Below are positions 1 through 10,896 of a DNA stretch of 26,750 nucleotides, piece by piece. Each line of letters begins with the position of its first letter. The stretch's first letter is position 1. The stretch is from Octopus sinensis. Taxonomy: Eukaryota. Under the pieces are notes generated by a model. It ran no database searches and was not told the DNA's origin. It saw only the letters and a program-made list of their open reading frames with translations. The translations under genes were made by a program, and so were the position numbers. Location of the stretch: contig NW_021836052.1 of the NCBI RefSeq assembly GCF_006345805.1, positions 1-26,750 on the forward strand. The letters run 5' to 3'.

Positions 1-39
1 ATAAATGAAATGGTACAGGAAGAGAAGCTGAAAAGGGGA

Positions 40-440
40 GAGAGATTTAAAAACAGTGGGAGTTAGATAGGTCGAGGGAGTGAGAAAGAGAGGGAGAGAG
101 AGAGAGGGAGAGAGAGAGAGGGAGAGAGAGAAGGAGAGAGAGAGAGACGTAGAGAAGAGTAAAAGAGAAAAGGGAAAGAGAGAGGAAGTCCGAGCGACAG
201 AGATACTGTAGTAGTGAGAGTGTATTAGGTAAAGCGATGTGCACAGAAAGAGAAGAAGCGATTCTCAGAACGACAAATTGAAAGGGTTTAAGAGCGAGCG
301 AGGGAGAGGGAGCGAAACTGAGGAAGAAAGAGTGGAAGACGGAGGAAGCAGGAGACAGAGATAGAAAGACTGATACTGGAGCAGAGAAAGGGAAATAGAA
401 CAGAATAAAAAGCAACAAAACAAAAGGGTTAAATAGATTT
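40..440. repeat. GA-rich purine low-complexity tract with (GA)n
   Basis: Seen directly: gagagaga/gggaga runs. Confidence 0.85.
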
Positions 441-497
441 AGATCTTCGAATTCAATCATTTTGATAAAATCTACATTTTATAGCTCTTGACACACA

Positions 498-722
<225 letters not shown>

Positions 723-744
723 ATTTTTATGTATGTAGAGACAC

Positions 745-901
745 AGGGGTGACTGATCGGTAAGTAGCTTGCTTACCAGCCACATGATTCCGGGTTCAGT
801 CCCACTGCGTGGCACCTTGGGCAAGTGCCTTCTACTATAGCCGCGGGCCAACCAAAGCCTTGTAAGGGGATTTGGTAGACGGAAACTGAAAGAACCCCGT
901 C

Positions 902-966
<65 letters not shown>

Positions 967-1222
967 TATATAGATATATATATATATATATATATATTGT
1001 GTGTGTGTGTATCTGTGTTTGTTTCCCCACCATCGCTTGACAACCGATGTTGGTGCGTTTACATTCCCGTAACTTAGCTGTTCGGCAATGGTGTAAAATA
1101 GAAAAAGTACTAGGTTTACAAAATATAAGTTTTGGGGTCGACTTGTTAGACTAAAGGCGGTGCTCCATCATGGCCGCAGTCGAATGACTGAAACAAATAA
1201 AAGAGTAAAAGAATAAAAGAAT
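745..1222 (+). mobile_element. tRNA-derived SINE, family A, near full length with internal (TA)n/(GT)n
   Basis: B-box-like GGTTCAGTCCC at 793-803. Body ...cactgcgtggcaccttgggcaag...ccaaagccttg... and 3' end catggccgcagtcgaatgactgaaac with a (taaaaga)n tail. Homologous to the copies at 1955, 20310 and 25761 in this window. Confidence 0.92.
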
Positions 1223-1743
1223 ATGTATGTATACGCACACATGTATTTGGTCTCCTGTATGTAAGTACGTATATATATATCTAAATTCTGTACGACTCTC
1301 TTACTCTTTTTTTCTGCCCCTTCACACTTTCTTCCATTATTCTTCTTCTCGCTCCCACTCTCACATTTCTCGTCCTTCTCTTCATTCTCACTTGCTCTCC
1401 TCTTTTACCTCACTCTCTCCCTTTCCTTTCATTTTCTCTCTTTCTCACCCCTCCCTAATTCTTCCATCCCTCTGCTCCCACTTCTCCCCTCTCCTTCCAC
1501 GTGACAGCTGTTCCGACTATCATCCGTGTAGCATCTCTATTATTCCTTCTCATGTCTGTCATCTCTTATATCCCTGCCGTAAGGCTTCACTCCCACACAC
1601 ACGCCAGCTTAATTTAATTTGTCCTTAGTCGAAAGACACCTGTTGTTAACGTCCAATTGTTTGTATTTGTAATTGTGTGTCATTTCTCCATTTTTTCGTC
1701 CCTCTTTTCGTATAAATTCGGTTGCTCTTCTTTTATATATATG

Positions 1744-1744
<1 letters not shown>

Positions 1745-1806
<62 letters not shown>

Positions 1807-1832
1807 GCACACACAGCACACACACGCACACA
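1745..1832. repeat. (CA)n microsatellite
   Basis: Seen directly. Confidence 0.97.
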
Positions 1833-1954
1833 TATGTATATTCAATGCACGTATTTATTTTTTGCAAATTGCTCATGTACATTGTATACTGCATCATATA
1901 TTACTGCATATAATTTAGAAGTTCCTTGATTCAATCTTTTTATGGACATAATCC

Positions 1955-2128
1955 CAGGAAGGGCTCGCTTTCAGACCAGAAGGTTCCCGGCCCAGTATCA
2001 CTACGTAGCACTTTTGACAAGTGACTTCTAGTTTGGCTCTGGACCGGCAAATATCTAGTGAAATATTTTGTAATATAAACCGCGTGAAAACCCGTAATAT
2101 ATGTGTGCATATGTGTGTATGTGTGTGT

Positions 2129-2172
<44 letters not shown>

Positions 2173-2377
2173 TGTGCGTGCGTGTATCTTTGCTTTTCCC
2201 CCACTTCTTGGCAACTAGTGTTTTTCCTCAAAAGAACCTGATAGAAAAAGGACTAGACGTTAACACAATAAGTGCTGGGGTCGAACAGTTCGACTAAACC
2301 CTTTAAGTTTTTGCCCACACATGGTAGTAGTCCAATGAATTGATACAATGAAACAAAAGTGATTCAAAAATAAAAGA
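1955..2377 (+). mobile_element. SINE family A, heavily diverged, internal (GT)n
   Basis: accagaaggttcccggcccagtatcactacgtagcacttttgacaagtg aligns by eye to the head of the 745 copy; the 3' part gtgctggggtcgaacagttcgactaaa aligns to its tail. Confidence 0.75.
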
Positions 2378-2459
2378 TAGGTAGTTTTTACCACATCCAT
2401 CCATCTATCAATCCATTCATCCATTCATACACACTCATATACACACAGCTTCGTGTTCA

Positions 2460-2702
2460 TTTGTCAGTTTTTAGAACATTTTGTAGTCTGGTTGTGCATT
2501 TGAATGTGCAAGCTATTGTGTATGTGTGTGTGTTCGTGTGTGTGAATAATCGGTTTCCAATCAGACTTCCTTGAACTTTGCGCAGTCTCATGGTTGAGTA
2601 AGCTGTGAAAACATAGCCACAATCGAGGAATAAGAGCTCAACAAAGCCTGTTGAGCGAGGTGGATCTCGCATGATCGTATCAGGCAAATTAAATAGGTGA
2701 GT
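2460..2702 (+). other. possible exon ending in a consensus 5' splice donor (AG|GTGAGT at 2696/2697)
   Basis: Unique, relatively GC-balanced sequence. Perfect donor; in-exon ATG at 2671 gives MIVSGKLN. No homology recognised. Confidence 0.25.
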
Positions 2703-3286
2703 ATTTACATAACGTTATTCATCAGGCTTTAAAAATGGAATGTTGAGAGGTTGATTCATTTAAAGTTCAAAGATTTATATAGAAAAAAACATAAAAGATA
2801 AAAATATATTAATTCAATTGCAGGGTAGAAGACACCTAGGATCTTTTCTGTTAGGGTGCCAATCTCAGGTTCTGTTCGAATAGATTTCATATTCAGTGTA
2901 ATGATATACTTTCATAGGCTAATTAATGCCATGAAATTCATTTTTGCTATAAATCAATAAATAAAGAGTTACTAGCTATTAAAGTTTGAAAGTTTTGGAT
3001 AATTTTAGCCAATCGTAAACCACAGATACGTTCATGCGTGTTTGCATAATAACAAGCCGAATATGAAAACTCCTTTGTCTGCAAGAAAACACGTGTTGAC
3101 AAATTTTTGAAACCATTCGTTGACTCTGTATTCTACTGTTTTACCCACCGAAAATGCATATCGAATGCTCAAATGTTTGTTTTTTGAAAATACTAAATTT
3201 GTAATGTGCTGTTTATCGCATGAAATTCAAATTGAACTACAAAAACGTGCTGTTTACTCATTTTCCGCGTGTAGAATACAAATATT

Positions 3287-3492
3287 CTTTTTTACTCTGA
3301 GCACAAGGCCTGAAATTTTGGGGGAGGGGTCCAGTTGATTAGATCGACACCAGTACTTAACTGGTACTTCATTTATCGATCCTGAAAGGATGAAGGGCAA
3401 AATTGACTTCGGCGGAATTTGAACTCAGAACGTAAAGACAGACCGCAAGCATTTCGCCCGGCGTGCTAACACTTCTGCCAGCTCGCCGCCTT
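3287..3492 (-). mobile_element. tRNA-derived SINE, family B, full length with 18-bp TSD
   Basis: Minus strand begins aaggcggcgagctggcagaagtgttagcacgccgggcgaaatgc and has B box gagttcaaattcc. Flanked by gtgtagaatacaaatatt (3269-3286) and gtgtagaaaacaaatatt (3493-3510), 17/18 identical. Confidence 0.95.
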
Positions 3493-4669
3493 GTGTAGAA
3501 AACAAATATTGACACGTGTTATTCTCAGGATGTTGACAAAATGTACTGTCACACACAAAAAGGACGGCTTCCAAATCCTGTTTCCTGACTGGGTGAAAAT
3601 TATCAAAGTTTAAATCTCGATAACTAAAAAAAAAATCTGGAGAAAGTGAAATAAATCCAGCAATTCAGCTCGGAAATCAACATTAATGTACCAAATTATA
3701 AAGTTTTCGATAAGCTTTAATTTTTAAAACCCTGACAGTCATCGAAAAAAATCCGATTCAAAATTCAAAACACAGAAAAATTAATTTCACTTAAAATTTA
3801 TTATTTATTATTTGGTCCCAGTTGGTGTGACGAAAATTTTGACACCAAATAATAAATGTTTAAGGGAACTTAAACAAAGTTTGGCTGTAAATGGCTTATA
3901 TGTGTCTTCCATGATGTAATTACTATAACTTCAACCTACAATCGAAGCCCAAACTCACTTGTCATGGTAATACATCGCCGAGATGAATGTGTTAAATTGA
4001 TGGAATATTTAAATGATTCTTTCCATGAAGATGACGTCATGGCGGATTGTTTTCAAGAATCACATTTACGTCGGGCATAACATTTCACAGTAATTAGTAA
4101 TGCAAGAATTAATTAAAAAAAAACAAAGAGAAAACAAAAACAAAACATAATTAATGAACTTGGTGCAATGCTATTAGCCTTGAAACGGAAATGCACAGAG
4201 AAATATAAATATTTATTCGTAAATATTTTCTTAAAATATATTCACGAACGGAGAAATGAACGCTGAAACCTATTCACATACATTTACCCACACACACACA
4301 GTGAGAGAGAAGAAGGGAAGGAGAGAGAAAATGAGGAAGAGAAAATGAGAGAGAAGGAGTTGATGTTATCCAAACACCAATACACACAACCCTATATATA
4401 CATGCATACATACACGTTATGTGTGGGCGTGTATGTATATATATATGTGTGTGTGTGTGTGTGTATGTGTGTGTGCGTATTTGTATTTATGTATACATCT
4501 GTATACACACACATATAACCCCCCCACACACACACACAGAAATAAACACACACACACATATATATATATATAATGTATATAAACATAACATACACAGATA
4601 AATAGTTACATACAAATGTACATGCAGAAATACTTAGCTAGCTACATAGATTATATATATTGAGATCCA

Positions 4670-4878
4670 ATTTTAGCACGGTCAGTAATTTCCGGGGATT
4701 AGTTAATTACAACGATACCAGTGTCCAATCGGTATTTATTTTATGAACCCCCAAAAGAATAAAAAAAAAAAGAACACAAAGTCGACCTTGGTGGAATTCG
4801 GACTGAGAATGTAAAGATGAGCAAAATGTCGCTAAGAATTTTGTCCGACATGATAACGATTCTGGCTGCTCGTCGACT
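4670..4878 (-). mobile_element. SINE family B, diverged
   Basis: aaagtcgaccttggtggaattcggactgagaatgtaaag aligns to the family B core. Confidence 0.8.
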
Positions 4879-5202
4879 AATGAAGATTATATATATTAGC
4901 GTTTATGCATAAGCACGCGACATATACGGTATATATATGTGTATTTGTAGAAATAGACCTCAATGTGTGTGTAAAATATGAGTTGCATGCAAATGAAATT
5001 TCCCTTTACAGAGAAAAATATTAGATTTTGTAGGAATAAATTCTTTAAGAAGGTTTATAATTGAAAATTAACGTATTGCTTATATTAAGCATGCATGCAG
5101 TTATTAAGCAAACATTCATTCCTCCCACCCACTCAGAACGACATTATATATATATATATATATGTGTGTAAGTATGTATGTATGAGTGTGTATTTATATG
5201 TT

Positions 5203-5242
<40 letters not shown>

Positions 5243-5245
<3 letters not shown>

Positions 5246-5602
5246 ATAGTTATCGCCATACTAATATGGCATTCTTATAAAAATAAGAATAAAGCTGTCC
5301 GCTTATTAGCTCCATGAGGCCATCGCCTTAAGTTAGCTATTTGATACACAAACTGTATCCATATAACCTTCGAACAAGGGAGGTCAGTCGCTCCACACTA
5401 CTTGACCGGCAGCTACAGACGCGTTTCGGGGTATTGCCCCTTTTCAATGCAGCGTAGCCAGCCAGTAGGTGTCGCTTCCGACAATCTCTGTTCGATGGTT
5501 TTATTTACTTAGTTTCGGTGGAATACATCCACTTGTTTTCAATAATAGAAATATTAAAATATTAAAATTTAGAGAGACTTAGTAATTTTAATATTTCTAT
5601 TA
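5243..5602 (-). mobile_element. short hammerhead-bearing element between two (TA)n tracts (Penelope-LTR-like or retrozyme-like)
   Basis: GC-richer island containing the hammerhead below, an 18-bp inverted repeat (5543-5560/5585-5602) and two small hairpins (5255-5270, 5271-5290). The element class is inference. Confidence 0.55.
5395..5472 (-). ncRNA. type I hammerhead ribozyme, U3:A8 core variant
   Basis: Minus RNA: UGGCUGGC-UAC-GCUGCA-UUGAAAA-GGGG-CAAUA-CCCC-GAA-ACGCGU-C^UGUAGC-U-GCCGGUCA. Stem I is 6 bp, then a UAC/U internal loop, then 8 bp. Stem II is 4 GC pairs and the cleavage triplet is GUC. Confidence 0.85.
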
Positions 5603-5634
5603 TATATATATATACATAAACATGTGTATGCATA

Positions 5635-5676
5635 TATTCTCTTATTCTCTTGTTTCAGTCATTTGACTGCGGCCAG
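5635..5676 (-). mobile_element. SINE family A 3'-end fragment
   Basis: tgtttcagtcatttgactgcggcca is the reverse complement of the family A tail. Confidence 0.8.
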
Positions 5677-5810
5677 TTTTGATTTTGATTTTGTTCCCTT
5701 GTACACTGCAGAAAGTGGAATACACTTCTTCGGCTTCATCCTGAGGTATCATGACAGACGTAATAAAGCTTTAAATTTGACTGCTCGAGAGAGAACGTTA
5801 GAGGCTAGTT

Positions 5811-6021
5811 TCATATTTTGGCACAAGGCCAGCAGTTTCGGTGAAGGGCAAAGGTCGATCACATCGTCTTCAGCGTTCAACTGGTATGTATTTTATTGAC
5901 GCCACAAGGATAAAAGGCAACGTCGACCTCGGCGGAATTTGAACTCAAAATGTAAATACGGACGAAATGTAGCGAAGCCTTTTGCCCAACGTGCTAACGC
6001 TTCTCCCACCTCGTTACCTTA
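5811..6021 (-). mobile_element. SINE family B
   Basis: aaaaggcaacgtcgacctcggcggaatttgaactc matches the family B core. Confidence 0.9.
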
Positions 6022-6629
6022 GCGGCTAAGTTGTAATGCTATGTATATGGTGTCTGGCTAACTTTTAACAATAACTTACCAGATCGATATGAGAAAGGTG
6101 GTACATGTTTGGTGAATTTTCTAGCATGTCAATCAATCGGGTCGGAGTCTTCTCATAGCCACACAGTGGAGAAGGGTTTATAGATGGATTGTCAACCGAA
6201 TTATTATACGAAGGAAGAAAAAAACACCAGGGGAGACATAATTGGTAACCGAAGTGTGAGAATCACTCATCACGATAGGAAACGTGTTGCGTTAAATTGC
6301 GAAATGGCAAAATGGCGAAACTTTGAAATGACAAAATGGCGAAAGGTTAATAAAGGAATAATCAGTGATTGAGGAAATTTTGATAAACATTGTATCTTGA
6401 AAGATATTTATGGTTCTGTATATGAAATATGAACATCGGAACTATGGAACTGTCTGGTAGAAAAGAGAAAATGCGAGAAAAGAAGAATTTCTTTGAAAGA
6501 AGATGGAATCATATCGGTGTGTTTAAACGAAACTTGTATTTCCCATGTAGTATTTCGGAATTTCTTTCAGATAAATGGTAAATGTAAAATATCTCTTTGG
6601 GAAGAACATTCTATCTATATAACTGTGAG

Positions 6630-6935
6630 TATGTAGATACACACACACAGACACACGCATGTGTACTTTCATATGTATATAGATGTACGTATGTATATAT
6701 ATCTTCATATAAATATATATGATACCCACAAACATTTACTTTTACCCAATTATATATATATATAAATACCTATATATATATATGTGTATATATGTATATA
6801 CATACATATATATAGATATATATATATATGTATGTATGTATGTATGCATACATGTAGTTATATATGAATTTGTGTGTGCGTATATATTTATGAATGTTTC
6901 TGTATATATTTATGCATTTATTTATATATACGTGA
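6630..6935. repeat. degenerate (TA)/(TATG)/(CA) low complexity
   Basis: Seen directly. Confidence 0.85.
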
Positions 6936-7779
6936 CCATGAATCTGTGTATGTCTCTCGTTCAAATGTTTAAATACCGTTTCGCCTTAGCAGCATGCCGT
7001 GCGGTATTGTCTGTCTGAAATTGTTCAAATATACAATATTTTGAACAATAGATATAAAAGGTCACTGCTTGATGAATAATAATAATAAAAAACACCTACA
7101 ATTGCTATGTAATATAGGCAACATAATATTATATATCTCACAGTTTGATACGATTAAAGGAAACTACAACGCGTTCATACTGCTTCTCTCATTCATACAG
7201 ATGTGTTTTGCTAGTTTTGGGGCTTTTTTTCTGCAGTTCAATTCTTAATTTCATTCTTTGATGGTTTCTGTTTGTTGTAAGTTTTATTTTTCATATCTAA
7301 CATTTACTAATTTATTATTTTTAAAAGATATTCCAGCAGCTCTTGTTGACGTTCCATACATTGTTTTGCATACTGTTGTTATTAAATTTTGGTTTCGCTG
7401 AAGTTGTTGCTTTTGATGTCGCTTGTATATATATTTATATATATATTCTATGCTTCTTGTTTTTGTTGTTTTATGGTTGTATTAAATGAAATGTCCTAAT
7501 CGCAAAGCGGTTTCGATTCTTTCAAAGGATGTGAGTTCGTTTATAAATGGTAATTAATCCAGTAAAATACCATTGCAATTACACTCTCTCTTCGTAGACA
7601 TTTCTTAAAATGTAGAGACTTTATAAAATATTTGTTTGTTTGTTTTAGATTTTCGCCTTTGAATAAGTAAAAGATATAGAAATAAGAACTTGTAATGGCG
7701 GTTAATATTATATTAAACTTTCTAACTTAATCGCATTGCCACTGTTTGTCTGTCTTGTACACGGAAAGTGATTTTATGT

Positions 7780-8022
7780 GTATGTGTGTGTGTGTGCGTG
7801 TGTAAAGAGAGAGAGAAGGAGAGTGAAGTAGACAGAGAGGGTGAAGGAGAGAGTAGAGAGAAAGAAAAACAATGAGAAGGAGAGATAGATAGAGAGCGAG
7901 AGAGAGGGAGGGGCAGAAACGGGGGAGAAGCAATGAGATGGATAGAAACTAAGAGTGAGAAAGAGAGAGAAAGAAAGAGAGAGAAAGAAAGAGAGAAAAA
8001 GAAAGAGAGAGAGAGAGAGAAT
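7780..8022. repeat. (GT)n followed by a (GA)/(GAAA)-rich tract
   Basis: Seen directly. Confidence 0.9.
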
Positions 8023-8139
8023 TGCAAAATTTCTTAAATCAGGGAACTATTAAAAGAATTGCAAAGTTTTGGTCAAGGCACTTCTTCGAAAAGTAATGAT
8101 GCTTTCCTTCGTAAAGACATAATAGCATGGATTCGTAGA

Positions 8140-8177
8140 GGGATAGATAGCTAGGTGGAAAGATAGATCGATCGATC

Positions 8178-8250
<73 letters not shown>

Positions 8251-8364
8251 GTAGGTAGGTAGATTGATAGATGGATAGATAAATAAATAGATATATAGTT
8301 AGATAGATAGGTAGATAGAGATAGATAGGTAGGTAGATTGGTAGATAGATAGATATATAGATAA

Positions 8365-8436
<72 letters not shown>

Positions 8437-8474
8437 ATAGGTAGATAGATAAATAGATAGATAAATAGATAGAC

Positions 8475-8519
<45 letters not shown>

Positions 8520-8520
8520 T

Positions 8521-8569
<49 letters not shown>

Positions 8570-8880
8570 CAGACAAATAATCTGGATAGCTGATATATAG
8601 TAAGGCAGTGAGATAAGTTGATACTTTCGTAGACAGACACGTAGATAAATAGGTGGATAGTTAGACCGTAGATGGACATATAGCTAGATATAAGTACATA
8701 AATATGTAGATAGGTAGATACATAGGTAATTAGAAAGTGAAACACATAGATGGATAGGTTTGTAGTTAGATGGTTGTCTAGATAAATAGATGATAGATAA
8801 ATAGGTAGTTTGATAGGTAGGTAGGTAGGTAGGTAAGTAGGTAGGTAGACAGGCAGATAGATAGAGCGATAGATATTGTG
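8140..8880. repeat. (GATA)n/(GGTA)n tetranucleotide satellite
   Basis: Seen directly; accounts for the IYLS-repeat ORFs. Confidence 0.97.
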
Positions 8881-9212
8881 TGTGCTCAATTACACTTTAA
8901 ATTCAGAATAAAAAGATATTTTTCTATACGTTTCGTTACTTTTACAATAATAAAATGTAATTTAGTATAGTATACAACTGATTTAGAAACAAGATGAAAG
9001 CATATACCGAAAAGTTATATAAATAAATTGTCTACTAATATATTATTAACAAATATTTCCCTTTTTGGTATGATAGAATCTATTTATAGGAAATACATGC
9101 CGTGTTTGGAATTCACTGCAGCATCTATGTCATTGATTGTAGACAATATCTGCCGCAGTCAGAGTTCATCGTTGTAGCTATCAGTTTACAGACCCGACAG
9201 AGTTGCACTTAC

Positions 9213-9221
9213 GTGGTTGAT
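9213..9221 (-). other. candidate 9-nt microexon (ATCAACCAC)
   Basis: Minus strand reads ttgtttgtttgttag|atcaaccac|gtaagt, within unique sequence. Confidence 0.3.
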
Positions 9222-9567
9222 CTAACAAACAAACAATCCTTACAGCCTACAACCATAAGTCTTTAAAGCCAAAACTACACTTCAGTGGTTGAGGTTTCGT
9301 TTGTCTGCTTTACCACTGCAAGACGCAAACACGTTGGGTTGCATGGTTTTAGGGAGCCACATAGCGTAAAACATAAAGCCATTTGGCAGTCCACTTTTGC
9401 ATCTTCCAGGTGTACAGTGAAAGGAAATCACTCGCTCAAATTTTGAAAAGCGAAGGGAAAATCAGAAAATGTAGATTTTAAGATAATTACATGTAAATAA
9501 GTTATGAAGGTGATGGCCAAGATAATGTAGTCATAGGTCTACATGAGAGCTGATCCGGGGTAAATAT

Positions 9568-9702
9568 CCTTTCTGCTATAGGCCAGGAGGCTGGAAATAT
9601 TTGGGTTGAGCATCAGTCGATTACATCAACCCCAATGTTTCACTGGTACTTAATTTATCAACCCTGAAAAGATGAAATGCCAAGTCGACCTCAGTGGAGG
9701 CA
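9568..9702 (-). mobile_element. SINE family B, 5'-truncated, diverged
   Basis: cactggtacttaatttatcaaccctgaaaagatgaaatgccaagtcgacctc. Confidence 0.85.
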
Positions 9703-9735
9703 AAAGTCGACTCAACATTGCGACGGGCTAAATAT

Positions 9736-9968
9736 CTATTTCTTTACTACTCACAGGGGCTAAACACAGAGAGGACAAACAAGGACAGACAAACGGATTA
9801 AGTCGATTATATCGACCCCAGTGCATAACTGGTACTTATTTAATCGACCCCGAAAGAATGAAAGGCAAAGTCGACCTCGGCGGAATTTGAACTCAGAATG
9901 TAGCGGCAGACGATATACGGCTGAGCATTTCGCCCGGCGTGCTGACGTTTCTGCCAGCTCGCCGCCTT
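9736..9968 (-). mobile_element. SINE family B, young subfamily with alternative 3' tail
   Basis: Nearly identical to the copy at 11489-11716. Tail ggacaaacaaggacagacaaacggattaag. Possible TSD gggctaaatat (9725-9735) / gggttaaatat (9973-9983). Confidence 0.95.
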
Positions 9969-10147
9969 ATTTGGGTTAAATATGAGTGACAACTGCAGTA
10001 AACGTGCCCTGACAGGACGAATAACGCAGAGAACACAATATGGCCGTGTTGCCACATGAAAATCTGTTTAATTGGTGACGTAAGTCTAAGCGAAAAAAGT
10101 TCCAGTGTTACGCTTCAAACAAATCGAACAATAGCATAAAATCTGAG

Positions 10148-10288
10148 AGAGTAACTGGCACTAATTCTATCAACCCAGGAAGGACGAAATGGGAAGTTGA
10201 CCACGGCGATATTTGAACTCACAACGTCGTAAGAAATGCTGCTACTCATTTTATCAGATATGATAACGATTCTGCCATTCCTCGGCCT
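10148..10288 (-). mobile_element. SINE family B, diverged
   Basis: aactggcactaattctatcaacccaggaagg...atttgaactc. Confidence 0.75.
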
Positions 10289-10294
10289 CTTTCA

Positions 10295-10437
10295 AGATTT
10301 GAAACAAGGCTAGCAATTTCAAGGGGAATCGGCCAATCGATTACATAGATACCAGTATGTGACTGGTACCTTTTTTGTGAACACCGGATCGATGAAAAGA
10401 AAAGCTGACCTTGCCAGGATTTGAACGCACAACATCT
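10295..10437 (-). mobile_element. SINE family B, diverged fragment
   Basis: ccagtatgtgactggtacc...gaccttgccaggatttgaac. Confidence 0.75.
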
Positions 10438-10469
10438 GAAAAAAGAAATCGTTTCTTTTTGAAACTTTG

Positions 10470-10561
10470 GCACTCGGACGGATATTTTGAGGAGAAAGAG
10501 TCAAGTCGATTCCATTGATCTCAGTATTTCATTGGTGCTGTATTTTTATCAACCCCAAAGG
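10470..10561 (-). mobile_element. SINE family B 3' fragment
   Basis: agtcaagtcgattccattgatctcagtatttcattggtgctg...atcaacccc. Confidence 0.7.
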
Positions 10562-10634
10562 CAGCGAGCTGGTAGAATCATTAGCACACCGGGACAAAAT
10601 CCTTGGCGGCATTTCGCTCGTCATTACATTCTGA

Positions 10635-10773
10635 ACATTATTTACATTTGACGGATATTTGTCCTCATCTTGTTTGTTGCTAACACAACGTTTCGGTTGA
10701 TATACCCTCCAGCCTTCGTCAGTGTCTTGAGGAAATTTCGAACTTGGGTTCTCATTCCTGAGGTATTCTTCGA

Positions 10774-10837
<64 letters not shown>

Positions 10838-10896
10838 GTCATTATTATCATTGTCATTATTCAGGTCACTGCCAGGAATCGAACCCGGAATCTTGG
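10635..10896 (-). mobile_element. tRNA-derived SINE family C, head-truncated, internal (AAT)n
   Basis: Reverse complement aligns to 10935-11155 at roughly 88-90% by eye. Confidence 0.93.
10682..10727 (-). ncRNA. decayed minimal hammerhead motif in SINE C
   Basis: Minus RNA: AAGACA-CUGACGA-A-GGCUG-GAGGGUAUAU-CAACC-GAA-ACGU-U-GUGUU. One C is missing from stem I and stem II has a mismatch. Confidence 0.5.

Noticed and set aside
2703-2730. CUGAUGA on the minus strand (2719-2725) followed by an AUAAC/GUUAU palindrome
   Set aside because: Followed by GUAAA rather than GAAA, with no stem I pairing; not a hammerhead.
6301-6344. 20-bp direct repeat gaaatg(g/a)caaaatggcgaaa with 24-bp period
   Set aside because: Only two units, so a simple local duplication; not a CRISPR array or a TSD.
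7021-7060. 9-bp hairpin followed by TATAAAAG
   Set aside because: Expected by chance in AT-rich DNA; no supporting initiator or exon.
7237-7530. Acceptor (ttttttttctgcag) and donor (GTGAGT) bracketing 294 bp
   Set aside because: Stops in all three frames and low-complexity content; unsupported as an exon.
8151-8889. 141- and 214-type IYLS-repeat ORFs (8151-8576, 8299-8889)
   Set aside because: Products of the (GATA)n satellite.
9391-9480. Plus-strand acceptor cttttgcatcttccag at 9409
   Set aside because: No convincing donor, short frames and no recognisable protein.
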